Shown piece after piece: positions 34,637 to 46,136 of a stretch of DNA of 56,244 nucleotides; the stretch's first letter is position 1; each line of letters begins with the position of its first letter. The stretch comes from Craspedostauros australis. Lineage: Eukaryota. The notes below the pieces were generated by a model that was not told the DNA's origin, did not search any database, and saw nothing but the letters and a program-made list of their open reading frames with translations. The translations under genes were made by a program, and so were the position numbers. The stretch is taken from assembly GCA_030167865.1 (NCBI GenBank), contig JALAGF010000848.1, positions 1 to 56,244 on the forward strand. The letters are read 5' to 3'.

Positions 34637-35614
34637 TCATCGCCTCTTCATTGGACCGCCAATTTCATCGATCTTTGATTTGTACTCCTCCGGTGTTCTG
34701 TGCGCATCCCCCAACGTCCAAGCCAGCGATTCGTTGACAACGTCGCGTCCCACCATCGTCACGACACTGTCGTCAGCATCGTTGTCTTCATCTGCATCGC
34801 CTCCTTTCCACTTCGCCACGCGTTCCAATCGGTACGGCACGCTGCGTTGATTGCCGTAGATGTATTCATTCGTCTCCGGGTTGAAGCCACGATCGTTGAT
34901 GTAAAACACATCGTCGTACAGCGACAGCTGATCCAAGATCTTGATCTTTTGACCTGGCATCATTTGGGATTCCACGATGGCCTGGCCGTGCACCATGATG
35001 GCATGCATGCACTCCGTGTCAGCATCGTCATGATCGTCATCCAGATACGCGTGCTGCACCGCATCGCGTGCAACGCTCCACGCAATGTCACACTTGGGCA
35101 GCTCCGTCAAGATGCTGCGATCGTTCTGCAATGCGCGATGGAAGATGCTTTTCCATCTGCCTCCCACTTCCGCTTGCAGCTTTTGAAAGATGTGTGGCGC
35201 GACGGTGTAGAGCTTCATGCAGCAGTCGGGTTGCAATTCGTAGTACCGAAATCGAAAGATGCGCTGCGGCTGACCTTCGAAGTAGAAGGCGGCCAATCGG
35301 GAAGTCTCGGTGATGGGGACCAAAGTGCAATGGATATGCTCGTGCTGTCCACCTTCGCGCGGTGTCAAGTATCCATCTTCACGATCTTGCAGCACCTGGT
35401 TGTAATTGTCAAAGTCGCCTTGAAACAGCGTCTGGAATAAGCGCTGGATCGTCGCCGTCTCGTCCGTTTGGGCGGTGGACGTGACGGAGTCGCACAGTGT
35501 GGTCGTTGTCGTGCTCCTGTGGATGTCGTTGGAAATTACAAATGACCATGTGCTCCTCAGCATCAGGCCGAGCACGACTTGTTGCATGATCGTGCAGGTG
35601 GAAGTACGCTTCAT
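34637..35614 (-). CDS. CpcT/CpeT-family (T-type bilin lyase / CRL-like) protein, probably plastid-targeted
   Basis: 'LFQGDFDNYNQ', 'HEHIH', 'IFRFRYY', 'LPKCD', 'INDRGF....YIYGNQRSVPYRL' follow the CpcT pattern; signal-like N-terminus ending 'TWS-FV'. Confidence 0.78.
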   Translation of the reverse strand: MKRTSTCTIMQQVVLGLMLRSTWSFVISNDIHRSTTTTTLCDSVTSTAQTDETATIQRLFQTLFQGDFDNYNQVLQDREDGYLTPREGGQHEHIHCTLVPITETSRLAAFYFEGQPQRIFRFRYYELQPDCCMKLYTVAPHIFQKLQAEVGGRWKSIFHRALQNDRSILTELPKCDIAWSVARDAVQHAYLDDDHDDADTECMHAIMVHGQAIVESQMMPGQKIKILDQLSLYDDVFYINDRGFNPETNEYIYGNQRSVPYRLERVAKWKGGDADEDNDADDSVVTMVGRDVVNESLAWTLGDAHRTPEEYKSKIDEIGGPMKRR

Positions 35615-36167
35615 CGTCGTCAGTATCACAAGTACGTATGGCAGTGATGATCGTGTCTCTCGCAATGAATGGCCAGACTCCAGAAACATCGGCATGTGTT
35701 CGACTGCTCGCAGGACGAGTCGTCGTGTGTTCACCTTGTTGTTGTTGTTGCTGTTGTGGTGGTGGGAAGATCGCCGTGTCAACCCACGAAGAAGTTAGTC
35801 CCGCAATATGAGTCATGTTTTTGCGAATGGAGTCGCACTGGTCGGCTAATTCTGATCGTGGCGCGGAGTTGTGCACAAAAACGCGACAACCCGAACACAA
35901 CGCATGGCCATTTTGGTGTGGAAAATCGCGCGAAGGAAATCGAGAGGAGAAATGGCGGAGGCAGCAGAATCAGAACAGAGAGCAGCATCTTCGCTGACAC
36001 AAAAGTTCGCGACGGCACAAACAGACACATTGCCCTCCCTCGTTCGATTGTGGCTCGATGCAGAGCGCAACGGAGAACACCATCAGACCACAACAAAACA
36101 AAGCACCTCCAACCAACGATCCAGTGTCTTGCACCCTGCTCTCAGGCACCACAAGAGGACGGCAACG

Positions 36168-38411
36168 ATGGAGTCAGACCGGGAACTCGAAGTCAAGGAG
36201 ATCTTCGCCGACGAGATTAACCGGTTGATCGAACAATATGCCAGAGAAGTGCTCGGACAAAATGGACGCAGTTGGGATGACAGGTTGACGAGTTGGGAGG
36301 TGATCAAGGTCAGTTCGTCTGCGGCATCATGCGACCATGGATGCTTGCATGTGGAGTGCGAAGCCTGTGATGCGCTGATGCAACAAAGACCAAGCACCGT
36401 TCTCGCTCAGCACTCAGCATTCTCTTTTTCATCGACGCCGCATCGTATCATACCGTGTTGGGCTGCGTCGGGCTGGCCTTTTGCTTGCTTGGTCCATTAC
36501 GTACTCGCACCCTGACACTTGCAATACTCCACGCATACCACGTCCTATTATGATACCGCACATTTCAGAGATTCCACAAAGCCATGATGGATTGCGAAGC
36601 CGTACCCAGCCACACTCACATCATCATCGAGCTTTGCAGGCTCATGATCGTGATCGAAGGTGGCCCGGACCATCCAGTCCATGAAGACTTTGACTACGCT
36701 CGGACCCGAAACGCGAAGGTGGAAGCGCTGGCACACCTAGCGACACAGGAATGGAAGACGGAGCATTGGGATCACGTCAAGCGCTGGATCGGGAAATGCC
36801 ACAATGCAGTCGCTCATCAGAAAGATGAAGACGAAGGAACGGCAAGATCCCCGCCGCGCGCAGCCGATGCGAATCGTTACGCCCGGATCATTGAAATGAT
36901 CCACATCCAACGTGTCATGTGCCACATCCGACCGCAACTCGAGGAGAAAACCAAAGAGAAGAACTTTGTGGGTGATGGTGTCCGACCCACCATCAACAAG
37001 GAAGCCATGAGTGAATTCCGGTGAGTTTGCTTTTGGCTTTGGTGTGGAATGTTTCTTTCGACCTGGTGCGCGGAAGGCTACAAACAGTATGTGGTATTTG
37101 TCCCATTCTCTGCTTCGTTGTTCCATGATTCCATTGCATTGCAGAACATGCCGCGCCTGATGGCCACCTCGTTCCACAGCACACTCACGCCGTTCACCCA
37201 CAACACAACGCAACACCGAACTTTTCTATTATACGCGATTGCATTCCAAAATCACAATTCCGTTGTTCCCGCTTCAGAACTCAACTGGAGAAGGAAGACA
37301 AGCACTTGCAGCAGAAAATCTGTGATCAGCTCATGGAAGCGGACGGCACGTTCCGATCACTCGGTGCCCTTCACAAGGTTTTCGGTGATGGCTTGTTGTC
37401 CCTTGATTCGTTCGTGTCTGGTCTTTGGGTCTTGGTGCGGTCATGGTTTTGTGACATCTGCTCTGAGCCGTCCAGCGCGATGGCGTTTGGGAACGCACGA
37501 CACAACACACATACCGCTTCCAACATCACAACAGACGAGGAGGGTGATCGGGGTGAGAGGGACGAGCTTTTCCCAGCGGAAGATTCACAAGATGAAGAAA
37601 CCCACGCAGAAGATGAAGAGGACAAAGGGATGGAGGAAACCTCAGAGGAAGCGCACCCGAGGCAGCCAAGCAGGACGAATGAAAGGTCGATTGTTCGCAA
37701 TTCCGCCAAGAGATCTGGTGATAGGGACAACGTCAGGCAACTGCGGGTGGCAAGAGAAGAATTGAACAACCAGGTTGAAGACCCACTGAGCGAGTCCATC
37801 AACATCGCATCGCAAGCCAAAGCGCATTCCGCCACTGTTCATATCGACGCTCATGACAATAATGATGGCTCCAACAGTCCCTCCAAGAACAGAAACAGCA
37901 CACGCAAGGAGCAATCCTCCGCAAGGTCGCCATCCAAACTCTACACAAAGAAGAGGACTGCCACGGCCATTGCATTTGATGATGTAGAGAGTGATGACGA
38001 AGATGGTGCTGGCGTCCACGAACAACAAGAAGAGAAACATGCAGAAAGGCAAAAGCGCCGGAGATGGTCACAGGAAGAGAAGGACGCTGTGAAGGAGGGG
38101 GCAAAGATGTTCCAGAACAGCACCACGAGGTGGAGTGACACCAAGCATGAATTCTACGACATCTTGCAGTACCGAACGAATGTGCAAATCAAGGTGAGTT
38201 CGTGCAGAGTGTCGTTTGCTGCCGTCGTGTTTGACTTGTGTTGCTCTCATCGCTCACCTCATTTTGCCATGCTCAACACCATTCCATGGGACACTGCTCC
38301 ATTCTATACTCGCGCCACACTTTGCATCGGTACCTTCTTGGGCGACTGCCGCGATAGGATTGCTATCGTACGATATCGCGAAGCAATAAAAACAGTCCGA
38401 AGTTCGAATAG
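36168..38411 (+). CDS. TRF-like protein with a C-terminal telobox-type Myb domain; exons 36168-36308, 36569-37020, 37278-38193, 38358-38411 (~520 aa)
   Basis: Spliced C-terminus 'KRRRWSQEEKDAVKEGAKMF....RWSDTK......LQYRTNVQIK|DCYRT'. All three introns are GT-AG and frame-consistent; helical N-terminal half and acidic/basic linker. Confidence 0.78.
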
Positions 38412-38906
38412 GAGAGCGAGGTGGGTTCAACTCGACTTCGCTACTCCATCACAAAGAATACATACGATACGACATATTACATCTTCCATTTGTACAGAAT
38501 GATATTATATTATATACCACTGGGCATGACACTACCTAGAGAAATCTTGACAACTGACTGCAGGTCCCATCATTCAAGTGGGTCATATCTCAAGACAAAT
38601 TGACACGTTTGATTCCGGACTCTGGGTCGACTGACTCGGCTGAGTCATATCATCAGACCACGAAGAGATGCCATTCATGCTTTTCTCCAATTGTTGTCGC
38701 TCATAATTTTGAGTCATGCATGCCAAAGGTGAATGCGTTGAGCGAAAATTTTCTCCAACGCAAGCAAATTGTCATCATTGTGGAGGTGCTCGTTGGCGAC
38801 GAACGGATGCGAGCAGCACCAATGCAAAGTCAACGAATAGGACAACAATCGTGGTGGTGCGCAGTCAGATCACAACACATCGCGCTGCGCACAGAACGGT
38901 GCTATC

Positions 38907-38958
38907 ACCGTCGTCGTTGTTGTCATCGTCGTTGTTGTCATCGTTGTTGTTGTCGTCG
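38907..38958 (+). repeat. Imperfect 15-bp / trinucleotide (GTC/GTT) repeat in the LRR gene leader
   Basis: tcgtcgttgttgtca repeated ~3x. Confidence 0.7.
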
Positions 38959-39178
38959 CCAGCATTCTCACCAGCATTCTCACCACATCAACAACACCAA
39001 CAACAGTCACAGTCACAGCAGTAGGCACAGCAATAGCAAGAGAGCATCAAGAGAGCACGACCGAGAGATAGACAGAGAGTGGAACAACAAGAGCAATCAC
39101 AGAGACCGTCCATCATCGTGACAAAGGACAACAACCAATCCAAGCCAAGGCATCAATCCAGAACTCATCGAGCGCACC

Positions 39179-41802
39179 ATGGTGAACACCCTTCAAATTG
39201 CGGCGACGGTCGCCTCGTTCGGGGCGACGGCGGCAGACCTCCCGGTTCTGCAGATGCATAGCACCGACACTAACTCCTTGGTGAAGCGAAAGCGAGTGCT
39301 GGCGAATGGACGCTTGGTAGATGCAGATGCAAATTCGGATTTGCATTTGTCGTCGCCGCTCAAGACCCTGTTCAAGAAAAAGACTGACGAGGTTGAGGAT
39401 CTGTGGGAGCATGCCGCTGTCGATGTCGACGAACGCATGCTGCAGAACATGGGTGAGATGAGTTTCCCAACCGCATCGCCTGTGCAAAGCCCCACCACAG
39501 TACCGCCCGTCATGGCACCGCCGACCCTCAGCCCGGCAGCTACCTTGAATCCAGCTACGCCGACCGATGCACCGGCAGGAACCGCCAATCCAGCAACGCC
39601 AACGGATAGTCCGGTGCAGGTCACCACGGCGCCAGATGGCAGCACAGCCAGTCCCACAGTGACGGCGAGGCCATCCGTGACAAGAGAACCCACCCCATCG
39701 CCACAGGAAACCGTGAGCCCGACAGCAACTCCAACAGCAGGGACAGCGGAACCAACAACGACCCCCAGTCCCACAGGAGACCCAGCACAGCAGACGGGCA
39801 CACCAACCAGCATTACCACAGCCCCAACTTCGGCACCAACCATCACATCTTCCCCCACAGCCGCACCCACCAGATCGTGTTTGGACGGCAGAACGCGAGG
39901 CGAATATCTCGCGGAGATCATCCAGCCCATCACGCCAAGCTCGATATTCACCGATCTGTCCACGCCGCAAGGCGAAGCATTCTCGTACATGCTCAACAAC
40001 GATCCCTACTTGGTCAATATTTGTCGATCGACGCTGTTGCAACGATACATCTTGACGACATTGTACTTTGCCACGACTGGCCAAACATGGACCAACATGG
40101 AGGGATGGTTGGGAATGGATCAGGAATGCGAGTGGCAAGGATTGACCTGTGGCAACGTCAACGATCCGTTGATGGTGACCGATTTCGTGCTAGGTACGTC
40201 GTTGTTGTATCCCCATGCGTGTGCATCTACGGATGTGCAGATGTGCAGGCCATTGATTGTCTGTGATGGTTGATGGATGACCTGTTGTGAAAGGACATAC
40301 TCTGCTCTCGCGTGCATTCATTTGGACAACGGCTGACGCTATTCTTTGCTTTCGTTTCGTCTTCTTCCGCGTTTTAATCATCTCTCAACTCGGTTCATGC
40401 TGCTGCGCTCTTGCGAACGTGCTCCTCCACCTCGGCAACAGAGAACAACAACATCGATGGACAGCTTCCCGATGAAATCGGCGGATTGACGACTCTGCGC
40501 ACTTTCGACGTCTTCGCCAACTCCATCAGAGGTATCATTCCCGACAACCTACGCAACATGACGAACTTGGAAATTCTCGATCTCAGCGAGAACCTCATCA
40601 CAGGAGAAGCCCTTCCCGATGCCTTGTACCAACTTGAGGACCTGCAGATCTACAGAATCGGCGGCAACCAAGTCGAGGGTTCCTTGAATCCTGGCATCGG
40701 CATGCTCCGCAACCTGCGAGAACTCTCGGCACCTGGAAGCCAACTGAAGGGCATGATCCCAACCGAGATCGGACAGCTGCTGTTCTTGGAGTTCTTGCAG
40801 CTCAGCAGAAATTCTTTGATCGGAACCATCCCCTCCGAAATCGGGAGGGTCGGTTTGCGCGATCTTCGTCTCGATCAGAACTTTCTGCAGGATGGAATCC
40901 CGACTGAGCTGTACAACGTTGGGAGTTTGACATCGTTGCAACTTCAGACCAATTTCTTGTTTGGTGGACTTGCAACGACGCTCGGTCAGATGACCAATCT
41001 ACGAACCATCCGTTTGGAGGACAACGACTTCTCCGGAGCTTTGCCAGATACCCTGTCCTCGTTGGTAAATCTTGGTATGTCTATGATAGTCTGAATCGAG
41101 TCCGTGGTTGATCTGGCATTGGAATCCCCAGTGGCTTGGGATGATTGCAGCACAGATACCGGTTGGTTCTTGCTGGCCTACTTGTAAAATGGCAGCTCAC
41201 CGATTCGTTGCGCCTTCTTTTCGTTCTATTTGCACTTGTGCCTGCATTTGCACTTCGTCCCAATCACTTACATTATTGATCCACAACAACACACAATGGC
41301 AACGACACTGACATGGTCAACGGCAGAGCAATTTGTCATCTCCGGCAACATCTTCTCCGGCGCCATCCCGGATATTTTCGCGGGATACACAAGCCTGGAC
41401 ACGTTCGATGTCTCCGGCAACTTCTTCAGCGGGCGCATCCCGGCATCTCTCTTCAGCGTCCCGTCCATCCGTCTTCTCTACTTGTCCAACTGCACCCTCA
41501 GCGGCCCCATTCCATCCACATACTCCAACCCGCCCAATCTTCGCGATCTGTACCTCGATGGAAACCTCATCACGGGGACAGTCCCGACTGTCCCTGCCGG
41601 TAGGTTGCTTCTCCTCAACGAGCTCCTCCTGCAACGGACCAATTTGGTGGGTAGCATGCCGCAGTCCGTTTGTGACCTGCGATTGGGTGGCATCCTCGAT
41701 GATCTGTGGTCGGACTGTGGAGGCGAAACCCCAGAAATTCAATGCGACTTCCCAGATTGCTGCAATCGATGTTTTGAGGGCGGTCTGCCTGTCGAACCAT
41801 AA
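39179..41802 (+). CDS. Secreted leucine-rich-repeat protein with a Pro/Thr-rich stalk; exons 39179-40193, 40442-41074, 41327-41802 (~707 aa)
   Basis: Signal-like N-terminus; PT-rich region; LRR N-cap 'QRYILTTLYFAT...W...EGWL....ECEWQGLTC'; many plant-type LRRs (LxxLxLxxNxLxGxIPxE); C-cap 'CDFPDCCNRC'; two phase-1 GT-AG introns. Confidence 0.9.
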
Positions 41803-42177
41803 GACAGGAACTTGTAGCCTCTGCCAACACAAATATTGTATGTCGGAACAGAGAGAGAGAGAGCGAGAATGAAAGAGCACCTAGTGCAATTCTAGAAAGC
41901 ATGTAAAGTAACTATGATCACGGTACATGCATGTGTGATGACTGCGGTTGGGCTTGGTTTGTCGAGTACGTGTGGACAGCAGAGGTGATGAGATTTTCGT
42001 TTCGAGGGGGGCCTGCTGGTGGAAGTTTCCACAAATGTGGCAGGACTTCAAGTGACAGGGGGACCAATACGCCAACTGCGAAGCACGCGTAAGACTACCA
42101 ACAGCGACAGAAGGGAAAGTTATTCGCTGCAGAGGATGGTATGGGGTCACTCTGAAGCATTCATTGCCTTCAACGAG

Positions 42178-42267
42178 TTAGTCATCGTCACTATCATCTC
42201 CCAGCACCATGCGCTTTTTCTTGTTGCCGTCTCCAGATCCTGAAGCTGGCTTCATCTTGATGGGGCT

Positions 42268-42300
<33 letters not shown>

Positions 42301-45300
42301 ACTGCCATCGTCTTCATCTTCATTCTCACTGCCATCATCATCATCATCAATGTCAATGGCGGACTCCGTCGTCTCTTTCTTGCTGTCACCAATGGCCGTC
42401 GTTGGTTTGGTATTCGTCTCCTCATCGGAGCCGTCTGCGAGGACCATGGGTTCTGTTTTGGTACCCTCTTTTGTTTTCGGTTCCGTCAATGGACTTGGTT
42501 CCTTGTCGACGTCAATGGCGGTCTCTGCTTGATCGTCCTTTGCTGACGATTTGGTCTCAAATTCTTCATCGGAGCTATCAGCAAATACCTTGGACTCGAG
42601 CTTTGGTTTGCTGCTACGAGCTGGCTTTGTTGGCAGACTCGGTTCCTCCATAACTATCTCATGTCCTTCCTTACCAACGTCGTCCAATCCGGACTTCTTG
42701 GCGCAACTCTGGCACACCCAGTCGCCGTTAGGGATGGTGTCCCGTCCGATACAATGGATATGAAAGCTCCGTTCGCAGCCTTGGATTTCGTCTCCGCCAT
42801 CACAAATTAGCAGCTCTCCTGCTTCGTTGCAAATGTGGCAAGCGTCATTCGAATCTTCGCCGTCAGTTTCGTTGTAATAGTCGGATCCCACAACTTCTTC
42901 TTCGTTGCCACTGAAATTCCCTTCCATCCCGCTGTCATGGTCATCGTCGACAAAGAACGCGCGATCCTTGCGCTCTTCTTCAGGATCGTAGTCATGTTCT
43001 TCTTCGCTGCCGGTTGCTTCATCGTCCATCACGTACATGTTCCGCGATTTGTTGCGCTTCTTGCGCACCGCAGTTGAGGCATTATGTTGCGATGCATGAA
43101 TCTGTGATAGATCGATCTCCAACTCCGCATGCGTACCAGCATGGCAAAAATGGAGATAGGATACGTCGCGATTGGCATCGTTGAAATCCAGTTCGAATGG
43201 AATTGCAGTCTTGGTGCTGTTGGAGATCGCCAGTCTTGCCAACGGTGCTGCAGTGTCACCACCACTCGGCGTCTTCATATTGACCTCGATGTAGGTTTGG
43301 AATCGTTCCTCAGCGAGGCAAATGAGGTGTTCGTCTTCGACGTTGGAAATCATGGTCGGGAATCCACCATCCTCAGCTTCATCTTCCTCCATCATTATCA
43401 GACTCAAATTGAAGATGTATCCTTTGTCGGCATCGTACGTCGGTGTTTCGGCGAGGCATAAGGCCAGCTGCATGCGCTGATCTCGCGCATCCAGCACAAT
43501 GGATCGACGCAGCTTGAGCATACGATTTGCAGAATCGTTGTTGCAATTGACAGCGATCGTCCTCCACGGCTCATCGTCCAGCCCGCTGATCACTTCGTGG
43601 CCACGAGAATGCGCGCCATTGCGTTCGCCGGATGTTGCGCGTTGTGCACTCTTGATGCGATTCACGATGTCTTTGCCGAACAGCGTAACGACGCACGCAC
43701 GTAGCGACAGATTCACGCTCAGGGAGGATTGTGGACAGGCCAGAGTTTGCCGGCAAGTGGGGCACGTTCCGCGTACAGTGGCAGCCGTTGCGCTTGCCGC
43801 GTTGTCATTGTTGAGACGCCCTAGCCACCAATTGAGGCATTCCTTGCAGAATGAATGACCGCAGGGAAGCGAGACTGGCTGATAGTACGGATCGTGGCAG
43901 ATGGCACAGGAAAGATCCTTCCGGAGGGATGCGCCGACTTGGTCTGTGGACAGGATTGTGGTGGTGGTAGGCGGCGGTTTTGCGGATCTTGGCGTTGTCC
44001 CCACGGACGGACTGGCTGATTTTCTGGGAATCCGCATTGATGCGTTGCTGTTAGTGTTGGTGCTGTTGGACTGGCCAAGGAGACGTTGTTTGATGTAATC
44101 GACACGCTGTTGGATCTCGTCCATATTCTCCCGCGCATCCATCCCATCTTCGTCATCGTCGTAATAATCCTCCGTTCCAAAGTCCGTAACCAATTCACGT
44201 CCCAGGATCTTCCGTTTCAAGTCTTTCAATGAAACGTCGACGTCTGAGCCTGGGTCTGCAGATTGCATGCTGACATCGCCATGGTCAACCTGGCCATGAA
44301 GACCATCGCCGTCGTCATAATTCTGGTGATGGTCGCTGTTATGAGTATCGGCTCGAGATGATGATGATGAAGAGGATTCGTCATCACCCACTTCGATAGA
44401 TTCGCCATCCGAAAATTGTAGTCTTGTTTTGTGTTCGTCTGGTGCGGCTGGCTTGGATTTTACGTCGCCCTTTGTTGAGTCTTTACCTGCCGAAGCCATT
44501 GCCTTTGTGGATGATTGCGGGGCTGGTGCTGTGGTCGCCTTCACATCATCGTCCTTCTTCCCCCCTATTGCCTTCTTTCGTGGGATGGCTTTTGCCAAGC
44601 CCACCTTGGTCCCAGCCACCTGCGTTGCATCCATACCGCCTTCCGGTCTACTTTGGGTTGACTTTGCATTGCCACTATCGACATCGTTGCCCGCACATGA
44701 TGGCGGCGGCTTGGTGTCAGAGGACGTTCCTTGTTTGATGACGGCTATTTCGTCGCTGTCGCCGTCATTGCTCGTACAGCTTTTGGAATTGTTTGGAGGT
44801 GTTGGATTTTCTTTTGATGTTGGATGCGCGTGCTCTGCGTCAGCTTTGGTATCGTGCTTGTCGTCGCTTTTGCTGTCGCTGTCACTACCGTTTCTGCTTG
44901 AACTGCTGCTGCTGCTGGTGGTAGTTGAACTGCTGTCACTGTCACTGTCGCTCCCGCTACTGCTTGAACTGCTGCTACTGCTCGAGTCGCCACCACCATC
45001 AATGTCACTGCTCGACCCTCTATCATCATCATCATCATCATCCTTTCGTTCTTGCTGGATTGCTGGCATGGACACTGGTTTTGACTGGGCTGAAGGTCGT
45101 TTCTTCTTGGTTACAACGGGCGGAGCCTGAGGTGATTGTGGACTCTGTTCGTGATCGTCGCTGAGCTTGCGCTTCTTGGTTCGAGTGTCGGGGGGAATTG
45201 CAACGGCGGATGAAGCATCCTCCTGTCGTGGCTGAGGCATGTCGCTGTCCTTCGCTGCCATCTTCTTCGATGGGTCATTGATGACAGCAGCAATGGGTGC

Positions 45301-45594
45301 GGCCGAGGCAACGGATGAAGAAGGCGGCCTCTTGGGACCCTTGCCCGACAAGCATGCGTCGCACGCTGCCGCCTTGCCTCGTTTGGCCAGCATCTTCTGC
45401 ATAACATTGAAGGTGCAGTCGGAGGCAGAGCCAGGGGATCGCTGGCACATGGAGCACCTGAGCGTCGACTTGATCTTGAACTTGCTCTTCGCGCCACCTC
45501 TTCCAGCAACAGCAGCAGAGGACTTCACACCGATCGTTGCGATGGGCTTCGACGGCTTCTGCTTGGCCTTCTTCTTTTTCGACTTGGGCGCCAT
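42178..45594 (-). CDS. RING (C3HC4) + PHD finger protein with an N-terminal Cys motif; probable chromatin-associated E3 ligase (1138 aa)
   Basis: RING 'CAICHD....PVSLPCGHSFCKEC...CPTC'; PHD 'CHIC...GELLICDG.....CERSFHIHC...IPNGDWVCQSC'; K-rich NLSs and acidic tracts. Confidence 0.9.
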
Positions 45595-46136
45595 CTTGGC
45601 GGTTCAAATTGGTTCTTTCGAGTCTGCTCCTGCGCTCTCAAATGTACTATATCTTCAGACCAATAGTCGTAACATCGACAACGAATGGTCCGATGCTGCG
45701 ATGCTTCGATGATGCGATGGTTGATGAATGGATGATTGGTCTTGTTTCGCTGATGTGTTGGGCAGAACAGACCAGGATCTTCGTTGCGTGCGGATGGAAA
45801 TTGAGTTTTGGCGCGTTCTTCGGTGCCGAATTCAACACGACTTCTTGCCAATCGATTCGTTGGAATCTACACTAGCACACGACTTCTTTGACTAGATCTT
45901 GTTTGGTGAGTTTCGATTGGGTTATGGGCTCTTGGTGTTGCGGGCCAGGAGCTTCGCGTGGACTTGTTTGTTGTTGGTGCTTGTTGCGTTGTTTTTCGTG
46001 TCCACCATGGCGCAAGCTGCTGTCGTTCACCAACGAGGCACCGTTCACAACGACAACATCGAGACGACATACAAACACTCTCACGGCAAACACAAACAAC
46101 AGCAACGGCAAGCACGTCAAAAGAAATTGATTCACC

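Noticed and set aside
4012..45594. Apparent co-location of nuclear/DNA genes (Psf2, Fpg, TRF-like, RING-PHD) as a functional cluster
   Set aside because: They are interspersed with unrelated metabolic genes in mixed orientation; this is ordinary eukaryotic gene order
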